Positions 26,326 through 32,000 of a DNA stretch of 32,000 bases are shown piece by piece (within the stretch, counting starts at the first letter, position 1; every line of letters begins with the position of its first letter). Where the stretch lies: contig NC_007517.1 of assembly GCF_000012925.1 (NCBI RefSeq), positions 2,970,001 to 3,002,000 on the forward strand, given 5' to 3'. The position numbers and the translations under genes were made by a program. This DNA is from Geobacter metallireducens GS-15 (GTDB lineage Bacteria > Desulfobacterota > Desulfuromonadia > Geobacterales > Geobacteraceae). The notes below the pieces were generated by a model. It did not search any database. It worked only from the letters and a program-made list of their open reading frames with translations, and was not told where the DNA came from.

Positions 26326-26955
26326 ATGAAGGTACTTGGCATATCTTGCAGCCCTCGTCCAGGGCAAACCACCGACCGTCTCGTTCAAGAAGTTCTGAAT
26401 AATATCGAAGCTCCAACCGAATTCGTGTCCCTGAGCGGTCGTCGCATAGGTCCCTGCCTGGGCTGTCTCGGCTGTGTGGCGGACAACGTCTGCAAGGTCC
26501 GGGACGACATGGGCGAGTTACGTCCCCTTATTGTCGAGGCGGATGCCTTGGTAATTGGGGCGCCCAATTATTTCGGCATGCTCAACGGGCTTGCACACTG
26601 CTTTTTGGAGCGCTTGTATCAGTTTCGTCACCAGGAAGGGGGAGCACTGCACGGCAAGTTGGGGGTTGCGGTCGGGGTAGGCAGCGCCATGCCGGATTCA
26701 GCGGTACGTGACATAGAAAAGTTCTTCAGCTTCAGCCGCATTGAACCGGTCGGGAACGTAACCGCAATAGGTCCCGCCAGTTGTTTCAACTGCGGCCACG
26801 GCGAGGAGTGCCGGGAAGGAGCCATCCACAGGGTCTTTGGTCCGGGAACGAAGATTACTGCCGACTTGACCCCTAATCTTTCCAAACAGCCGGATAGCCT
26901 TACCGCAGCCAGGACGCTGGGAGAAAAGCTCACCCAGCGGCTGAAGCAGGGATAG
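26326..26955 (+). CDS. Iron-sulfur flavoprotein (Isf) / NADPH-dependent FMN reductase family
   Basis: 209 aa with a GGAGCC/GAAGGAG RBS region. It has a flavodoxin-like N-terminus MKVLGISCSPR. The compact Cys motif C-LG-C-LG-C-VADNV-C (CX2CX2CX5C) is characteristic of Isf [4Fe-4S] sites. Confidence 0.8.
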   Translation: MKVLGISCSPRPGQTTDRLVQEVLNNIEAPTEFVSLSGRRIGPCLGCLGCVADNVCKVRDDMGELRPLIVEADALVIGAPNYFGMLNGLAHCFLERLYQFRHQEGGALHGKLGVAVGVGSAMPDSAVRDIEKFFSFSRIEPVGNVTAIGPASCFNCGHGEECREGAIHRVFGPGTKITADLTPNLSKQPDSLTAARTLGEKLTQRLKQG

Positions 26956-27170
26956 GGATATGCGACAATGAAGGAAAACCTGGAAGGATGACCTGCGCGA
27001 GCGGCAGCTGCGCAAAGAAGCGCACTGAGTGAAGCAGGCAAGTTCCCTTTAACAAGTTAGGTTGCAAAATAAAATTGAAAAAAAGGAAAATATCAAGTAA
27101 TTTAAAGTTAAACGATTTTCGTTCAAAACATTCTGTGCTGCCATGAGCTGACAGCCACAAGGGAGACGCT

Positions 27171-27431
27171 ATGGAGTTAGAACAAATCAAGCAAGGACTG
27201 GTTTCAAACGTGTACCATCTCACAGCCGACAAGAAAGGGGCGCTCCACAAGCACCCGGACCACGACGAGATCTTCTACTGTATAAAAGGAGAAGGTGTCG
27301 GGGTTCTTGAAAGGGGTGAAATAGAGCTTTCCGTGGGGAAGGTGTTCATTGTCCCGGCCGGGGTCATGCACACGGTAAGATCTTCGGACGAGATTTATGT
27401 CGCTTCATTCCTGGTGCCGGTTGTTAAGTGA
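27171..27431 (+). CDS. Small cupin-domain protein
   Basis: 86 aa with a GGGAGA RBS. It has the cupin motifs HKHPDHDEIFYCIKGEG and VPAGVMHTV. Confidence 0.65.
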   Translation: MELEQIKQGLVSNVYHLTADKKGALHKHPDHDEIFYCIKGEGVGVLERGEIELSVGKVFIVPAGVMHTVRSSDEIYVASFLVPVVK

Positions 27432-27489
27432 ATAGGATGGCGGAACATAACCATTTGCGCGGGTAAACTAGAGATATCAGGAGTTAACC

Positions 27490-27870
27490 ATGTTCAAACG
27501 GATTGACCATGTGGAAATCATCCCCCGCGATTTCGAAAGAGCTATCGGCTTCTACACGGAGGTATTGGGATTCAAGGTCAGGCAACGGCTGAAGGTGGAA
27601 GCCCCTCCCCTCGAAGGAATCGCCTATCTTGAGCTTGGCGACACGGTCATTGAGCTGATGCAGGTCAGGGATGCCACACCGGCAGTGGTAAATCCATGGC
27701 AGACCGGCTATCGGATGATGGCCCTGGAGGTGGAAGATATGGACCGGGCTGTGGCCTATCTTGCCGGCAAAGGGGTGGCGATCACCTGGGGACCGGTGAC
27801 CTTGGGGACATCCAAGAGGGCCGAGATACAGGACGCCGATGGATTCTCCATCGAATTGAGGCAGTGGTGA
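27490..27870 (+). CDS. VOC-family (glyoxalase/bleomycin resistance/dioxygenase) protein
   Basis: 126 aa with an AGGAG RBS. It has RIDHVEIIPRDFERAIGFYTEVLGF and a second beta-alpha-beta-beta-beta module ending in EIQDADGFSIEL. Confidence 0.8.
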   Translation: MFKRIDHVEIIPRDFERAIGFYTEVLGFKVRQRLKVEAPPLEGIAYLELGDTVIELMQVRDATPAVVNPWQTGYRMMALEVEDMDRAVAYLAGKGVAITWGPVTLGTSKRAEIQDADGFSIELRQW

Positions 27871-27896
27871 AAACACAAGAAAACGGAGGCACGATA

Positions 27897-28268
27897 ATGA
27901 TTCCAGAGAAAATGCTGCAAGTACTGAAACACGAGGGGGTTGTGGCCATAGCCACACAGGGTGACGGTGGTCCCCATCTGGTTAACACCTGGAACAGTTA
28001 CATCCAGATTACCCAGGATGGGAAACTGTTGATTCCCGCCGGCTACATGAATACGACAGAAGCAAATCTGGCCAAGGACAGCAGATGTCTCATCACCGTG
28101 GGAAGCCGCGAGGTGGAAGGTGCCCACGGCCCAGGGACAGGCTTTCTCGTTGAAGGCACTGCGGTATTTGTAACGTCAGGCCCGCTGTTCGATGTGGTCA
28201 AGGGGAAGTTTCCCTGGGCAAGGGCGGCATTGGAAGTTACCATCACCTCTGCCACGCAGACGCTGTAA
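27897..28268 (+). CDS. Pyridoxamine 5'-phosphate oxidase-like FMN-binding split-barrel protein
   Basis: Track ORF 27696..28268 trimmed to ATG 27897 (GGAGG at 27885-27889). The 123-aa sequence (VVAIATQGDGGPHLVNTW...CLITVGSREVEG...GFLVEGTA) resembles PNPOx-like proteins. Confidence 0.7.
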   Translation: MIPEKMLQVLKHEGVVAIATQGDGGPHLVNTWNSYIQITQDGKLLIPAGYMNTTEANLAKDSRCLITVGSREVEGAHGPGTGFLVEGTAVFVTSGPLFDVVKGKFPWARAALEVTITSATQTL

Positions 28269-28340
28269 CTTCTTGCGAAGAATGGGGTGCCGGTCTGTAG
28301 GTTTAATATTCTAAAAAAGCACATCCTTTTTCTTGAGCCA

Positions 28341-28416
28341 TGGGGTCGGAGGTTCGAATCGTCTCGGACGCACAATGGGGTAGGAGGCGGGATCACTCCC
28401 GCCGTCCTCCCACACC
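28341..28416 (+). other. Degenerate tRNA/tmRNA 3'-end-like fragments (possible integration scar)
   Basis: GGTTCGAATC (28350-28359) is a T-loop-like sequence without a matching T-stem. The segment TCGGACGC...GGCGGGATCACTCCCGCCGTCCTCCCACACCA (to 28416) resembles the T-arm/acceptor/CCA end of tmRNA or tRNA as I recall the E. coli ssrA 3' end (TCGGACGCGGGTTCAACTCCCGCCAGCTCCACCA). No complete cloverleaf can be drawn. Confidence 0.3.
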
Positions 28417-28474
28417 ACCGTGCGTACGGTTCCGTACCCGCCGCATATACAGCCACACCCTCCCGAATGGTTAC

Positions 28475-29347
28475 TCAGGTCAGCGTCAACACCGTTGCCT
28501 CAGGCGGGCAGTTCAGCCTGATTGGCGCGAGCAGGCAGCCAACACCGCGTGATATGTACGTTTGCCGGTCTCCGTCGCGGACCAGCCCGGCGCGGTATTT
28601 CTGGCCGAACTTCGAAGGCATGACCGGCTGGCCGAGGAACGGCACAACAACCTGTCCGCCGTGGGTATGACCCGACAATACAAGATCGATCCGTTCGCGC
28701 AAAAGAAAAATTTCATCATTGATGTCGGGATTGTGACTGAGGAGGATCTTGATTCCGTCCGTATCCACGCCCTTGCAGGCTGCCGCGAGCGAGCAGCTCG
28801 GCTCCCAGTAGTCGTCAACACCGAGCAGGTGCAACGAACCTCTCCCCCTACGGATTTCGACGCTGCTGTTTCTGAGCCAGACCATTCCCATCTGCCGTGT
28901 GAACGCCTCGCAAATCGCCTTGACCGACTCCGGCCCACTCCAGAAATCGTGATTCCCCAGAACGCCATAGATTCCCAGAGGCGCCTTCAGGCCTGAAAGG
29001 GCATCGATGCACTTCGACAAGTACTCTTTCTTAAACTGTCCGACGCTCCCTGACAAAAACCTGGTGGATCCTGAGATATAGTCCCCGGTCATGACGATCA
29101 GATCCGGCTTCTCCGCCATGAGCAGCCGGCCGGCGGAACGGATTGTCTCGCTGGAGACAACGAAGGAAGCGTGGAGATCCGTCAGCAGGCCGATCTTGAG
29201 CCCTTGCAGCGCAGCCGGCAGGTTCCTGATCTTCACCGATGTCCGAACGATCTCCACCTGTTCACTTGTCGTGTTGTAGAAACCCTTGCCAAGACCGGCG
29301 ACAACGATGCCCCTAAGGCCGAATTGTAAAAAGTCTCGTCTGTTCAC
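28475..29347 (-). CDS. Tat-exported metallophosphoesterase (YaeI-like calcineurin-fold)
   Basis: Track ORF 28475..29575 trimmed to a GTG at 29347 (AGGAAA 6 nt upstream). This gives an N-terminus (M)NRRDFLQFGLRGIVVAGLG with a twin-arginine motif. The metallophosphoesterase motifs are LLTDLHAS, GDYISG, GNHD, LSHNPD and SGHTHGGQ. The longer track ORF would overlap the upstream small gene. Confidence 0.8.
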   Translation of the reverse strand: MNRRDFLQFGLRGIVVAGLGKGFYNTTSEQVEIVRTSVKIRNLPAALQGLKIGLLTDLHASFVVSSETIRSAGRLLMAEKPDLIVMTGDYISGSTRFLSGSVGQFKKEYLSKCIDALSGLKAPLGIYGVLGNHDFWSGPESVKAICEAFTRQMGMVWLRNSSVEIRRGRGSLHLLGVDDYWEPSCSLAAACKGVDTDGIKILLSHNPDINDEIFLLRERIDLVLSGHTHGGQVVVPFLGQPVMPSKFGQKYRAGLVRDGDRQTYISRGVGCLLAPIRLNCPPEATVLTLT

Positions 29348-29373
29348 ATCAGGTTTCCTACGAAAAAACCCTG

Positions 29374-29586
29374 CTAACCGCAGACGACCGTAATGATAAC
29401 CTTCGCGGCAGTGTAAAGCAAAATGCCCGCCACGATGATGCCAGTAAGGACGTAGATATAATGGGGAACAAAGGCCGGCTTCCCACTGGCAGTGGACTTC
29501 CCCTTCCCCAGCATCCCGAATATTTTTGGCATCAGGAAAACCAGCAGGGCGACCAGCAGATACGGCACCAGCCATTCGGGGTTCAT
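29374..29586 (-). CDS. Small two-TM membrane protein (unknown family)
   Basis: 70 aa with two hydrophobic helices separated by a basic loop (KIFGMLGKGKSTASGK). It sits 20 nt after the upstream gene and 26 nt before the downstream gene. There is no homology-based support. Confidence 0.45.
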   Translation of the reverse strand: MNPEWLVPYLLVALLVFLMPKIFGMLGKGKSTASGKPAFVPHYIYVLTGIIVAGILLYTAAKVIITVVCG

Positions 29587-29606
29587 CGCTTCTCTTTCTC
29601 TCTCAA

Positions 29607-30647
29607 CTACCTGCCGGCAGCGTCCTGCAGCATCTCAGCAACCTTCTCCCTTGGAAGCTTGCCGGTCGCGGTCGCTACAGCACTCCCCCCCTTGTACACC
29701 ATCAGGGCCGGGACTTCCTTGACCGCCAGTTGGTCAGCCAGCTTCCTGTTCCCGTCCACGTTGATGTTCACGAATTTCACCTTGCCGGCGTACTTGGCGC
29801 TTTCCGCCTCCAGAACGGGGACGAATTCCTTGCACGGCTCGCACGAATCGCCCCAGAAGGTGACCGCCACCGGCAGGGGCGCCTTGAGCACTTCATCCTC
29901 GAACTCGTCCTCTTCGATCTCGATGATTTTAGAGCGGAACATCTCTTTCTTGCAGAGGATCAGAAAAGGCTTCTCCTGCTGTCGGGACTGCTTCACATTG
30001 AGCACGACTACCGGCCCCTGCGTCTTGGTGTCGCGGGTCATCCGGCTGTACATGCGCTCAGAGGACCCTCTGGACATTGTGTCGGTAATGTTGTTGGCTT
30101 CGATGGCCTTGAAAAGATCTTCCAGTTTGTTGCCCGCAAGCGGCTTGCCGCCAACGCCAACTATTTGGTGTCCCTTCCTCAGTCCGGTTTTTTCGATGCC
30201 GGCCCCCGGCAGGACCTGGAGCACCCAGATGCCGTCGGCCATGGCGGCAAAGGTGACCCCCGGCAGCCCCACCTTCCGCTTCAGGGCGATCAGCTCCTTC
30301 ATCCGCGCCATTTCCGCCTCGACCGCGCCCCGGTCGGCCGCGTCCGGTTTCAGGGCCAGATAGGCGCGATACTCCTTGATGGCCTTGGCCGGTTTGTCCG
30401 ACTCGGCGGCCAGCTGCGCCAGGTTGTAGTGGCTGTCGGGCCACGTGGGGGCCAGGGCGGCGGCCGCCTCGAACTCGGCCAGGGCGGCCAGGAAATCAGC
30501 CGATTTGTCCGCCTTCTCGATCAGGGCCAGCCCCGCTTTAAAGCGCTCCTTGGCCGCGGCGGGAATCTCCTCCTGGGCCAAGGCCGGCAAAGCGGCCAGC
30601 AGGCAGAGAACCGACATAATGACGAGCTGTGGCAGGGTTTTTTTCAT
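29607..30647 (-). CDS. Exported TPR-PDZ-thioredoxin fusion protein
   Basis: Track ORF 29607..30740 trimmed to ATG 30647 (AAAGGA RBS; signal peptide MKKTLPQLVIMSVLCLLAALPALA). It has TPR-like helices (AEFEAAAALAPTWPDSHYNLAQL...AIKEYRAYLAL) and a PDZ-like segment (GIWVLQVLPGAGIEKTGLRKGHQIVGVGGKPL). The C-terminal thioredoxin fold carries a CEPC active site (VTFWGDSCEPCKEFVP...VPALMVYKGG). Confidence 0.75.
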   Translation of the reverse strand: MKKTLPQLVIMSVLCLLAALPALAQEEIPAAAKERFKAGLALIEKADKSADFLAALAEFEAAAALAPTWPDSHYNLAQLAAESDKPAKAIKEYRAYLALKPDAADRGAVEAEMARMKELIALKRKVGLPGVTFAAMADGIWVLQVLPGAGIEKTGLRKGHQIVGVGGKPLAGNKLEDLFKAIEANNITDTMSRGSSERMYSRMTRDTKTQGPVVVLNVKQSRQQEKPFLILCKKEMFRSKIIEIEEDEFEDEVLKAPLPVAVTFWGDSCEPCKEFVPVLEAESAKYAGKVKFVNINVDGNRKLADQLAVKEVPALMVYKGGSAVATATGKLPREKVAEMLQDAAGR

Positions 30648-30690
30648 GGTTTGATCCTTTCGCGGCCCAGTGGGCGGGACATCTCCGGTT

Positions 30691-31818
30691 TCAATCGCTG
30701 TTACCGTCATTTTTGTGCATCTGCAGCGGGGTAACGACAAAGTACGGGGAGTTGTAATAATCGGCCGGACTTAAATCGATGCCGTGCTCGACCTTGGCCC
30801 GGTCAGAGGATTTCGGAAGGAACTTCCCGGCATTTTTAAGCAACGCCCAGTCGGCCTCCGAACAGACCACCTCATCCTTGCCCACCACGCCGTAGTTCGT
30901 ATCCCCCCACCAGCTGTTTGCTGTTTTATCGGCGTTTTTCTTGTGCATCTCCATCGCCGCCCGGAAAAGGCCTTCCCCTTCATCGTTCCGCAGCGGTTCA
31001 GCCAGCTTCCCCAGCGTTGCCACGTCCATGCCGCGGTGCCCGTACCTGTTTTGGAAATCAATTTCCGTGATAATGCGCGGCCCCTCGCCCGGCTGGTTGT
31101 CCAGGAAGAGCTTGGTGCCGTTGACCTCCTTCAGATAGATGACCGTATGGGAGGCGAATGATTTGTTCCCCCCGGTGGCGGCGTTGTCCCCCAGGGTGAT
31201 GGGGTTCACCCCCTTCAGGCGACCATCCTCCGGCTCGATAAGGAGCACGTCGCCCGACTGGAGCTGGCTGAAGGTTTTTCCCGGCAACGGCGGCACGTTC
31301 GCCATGAGGGAGCGCTGGATTGCGCCGGCGGTTTTGTTGGGCTCCTGGAGCCTCTGCTGGATAAGCTGCTGCTGTTTCTTCTCCCATGTGGCGTATTGTG
31401 TCTCGAACTCCACCTGCTCCCGTATCGCCTCGATATTCTTGTCGCCGCTTTTCGCCAGGGACAGGGTCCGTTCCAGGCGCCGCAGCACCAGTTCGGCATC
31501 ACTCTTGTTCTTCAGGCTGCGGGACTGCGACGCCTTTGCCTCAGCCAATGCCTTGCCGGCAACCGCTTCGGCCTGGGCGTTCCCCTTCTGTCGGGCGAGT
31601 CCGATAATGGTCTCCGATTTGCTGATCGAGGCGGCGCTCTTCTTGATCGCGTCATCGAATTTCCTGATTTCTGCGACGATCTTTTCCTTCGCGGTTTCAA
31701 GCTTGAAGATCTCGCCGAGCAGTGCGTTGCGGTCCGCGTCGGTCATCCGGGCGTGGGAGACGGAAACAGAGACAAACAAAACAACTACCATGGCTGAACT
31801 GACAAAGAATCGTCCCAT
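30691..31818 (-). CDS. Secreted protein: N-terminal coiled coil plus C-terminal permuted papain-like (YaeF/YiiX, peptidase C92-like) domain
   Basis: 375 aa with a signal peptide (MGRFFVSSAMVVVLFVSVSVSHA) and about 150 aa of helical/coiled-coil sequence. The C-terminal domain carries GDVLLIEP, then SHTVIYL (His), then VVCSEADW (Cys). That is the His-before-Cys order of permuted NlpC/P60-type enzymes. Confidence 0.6.
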   Translation of the reverse strand: MGRFFVSSAMVVVLFVSVSVSHARMTDADRNALLGEIFKLETAKEKIVAEIRKFDDAIKKSAASISKSETIIGLARQKGNAQAEAVAGKALAEAKASQSRSLKNKSDAELVLRRLERTLSLAKSGDKNIEAIREQVEFETQYATWEKKQQQLIQQRLQEPNKTAGAIQRSLMANVPPLPGKTFSQLQSGDVLLIEPEDGRLKGVNPITLGDNAATGGNKSFASHTVIYLKEVNGTKLFLDNQPGEGPRIITEIDFQNRYGHRGMDVATLGKLAEPLRNDEGEGLFRAAMEMHKKNADKTANSWWGDTNYGVVGKDEVVCSEADWALLKNAGKFLPKSSDRAKVEHGIDLSPADYYNSPYFVVTPLQMHKNDGNSD

Positions 31819-31830
31819 CGGGTTTTCCCC

Positions 31831-32000
31831 TTAATTGGCGGCTACGCCCTGCAAAAGCTCCGCGAGCTTCGCATTGTCGATCCTGCCGGTCGTGGTGGAA
31901 ACGGGACTTCCCCCCTTGTAGACCATCATGGCCGGAACCCCTTTGATAGCCAGCTGGCCGGCGAGCTTCCGGTTCTCATTCACGTTGACATTGACGAACT
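31831..32000 (-). CDS. C-terminal thioredoxin-fold domain of an upstream gene (5' part outside the window)
   Basis: This reading frame is not in the ORF track. The minus-strand translation ends ...FVNVNVNENRKLAGQLAIKGVPAMMVYKGGSPVSTTTGRIDNAKLAELLQGVAAN with stop TAA at 31831-31833. It is clearly paralogous to the C-terminus of the TPR-PDZ-Trx protein (FVNINVDGNRKLADQLAVKEVPALMVYKGGSAVATATGKL). Confidence 0.65.
   Translation of the reverse strand, partial: FVNVNVNENRKLAGQLAIKGVPAMMVYKGGSPVSTTTGRIDNAKLAELLQGVAAN

Noticed and set aside
29461-30734. 300-aa and 402-aa plus-strand ORFs opposite the TPR-PDZ-Trx gene
   Set aside because: They have no RBS or motifs and low-complexity composition. 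The minus-strand frame has a signal peptide and a thioredoxin fold.
1-32000. CRISPR arrays, rRNA, intact tRNA, transposases or integrases, and toxin-antitoxin or known defence-system genes
   Set aside because: I saw no regularly spaced direct repeats, no rRNA-like or complete cloverleaf sequence, and no protein with recombinase, nuclease or defence hallmarks in any credible frame.

Overview
This is a GC-rich bacterial chromosomal segment. Hand counts of single 60-nt lines gave 41/60 G+C in cydC and 31-32/60 in the 24.4-28.5 kb islet. Gene content and protein sequences look Geobacter-like (Desulfuromonadota), but the taxon is an inference. I can support about 31 protein-coding genes. There is no rRNA, intact tRNA, CRISPR array, or recognisable transposase or integrase. 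From left to right the window holds: (1) a cytochrome P460-family haem protein; (2) two lipoproteins with lipid-hydrolase signatures (an alpha/beta hydrolase and a dual-HKD phospholipase D); (3) a membrane PAS-GGDEF-EAL protein; (4) a YbiT-like ABC-F ATPase divergent from an RRM RNA-binding protein; (5) a cydD-cydC-DUF2141 operon; (6) Hsp20; (7) two small membrane proteins; (8) GTP-type PEP carboxykinase; (9) a four-gene signalling operon; (10) panE; (11) a lower-GC TetR-controlled redox/detox islet (AhpD-like, iron-sulfur flavoprotein, cupin, VOC, PNPOx-like) that ends at tRNA/tmRNA-3'-end-like fragments; (12) a secreted/periplasmic operon. The signalling operon encodes a hybrid histidine kinase with a chemoreceptor-like sensor and three receiver domains, CheR, a receiver-less CheB, and a receiver-histidine kinase, with no CheA, CheW or MCP in the window. 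The periplasmic operon encodes thioredoxin-domain paralogues, a coiled-coil plus permuted-papain-like protein, a TPR-PDZ-thioredoxin fusion, a small membrane protein and a Tat-exported metallophosphoesterase. The two best candidates for an undescribed system are the CheA-less kinase-CheR-CheB-kinase cassette, which has heptad-spaced Glu-Glu pairs in the kinase signalling helix, and the periplasmic thioredoxin/PDZ/permuted-papain operon. All domain calls are by-eye motif recognition on the supplied translations, and none was confirmed by a search. Many long ORFs in the track are wrong-frame or antisense artefacts of the high G+C content.
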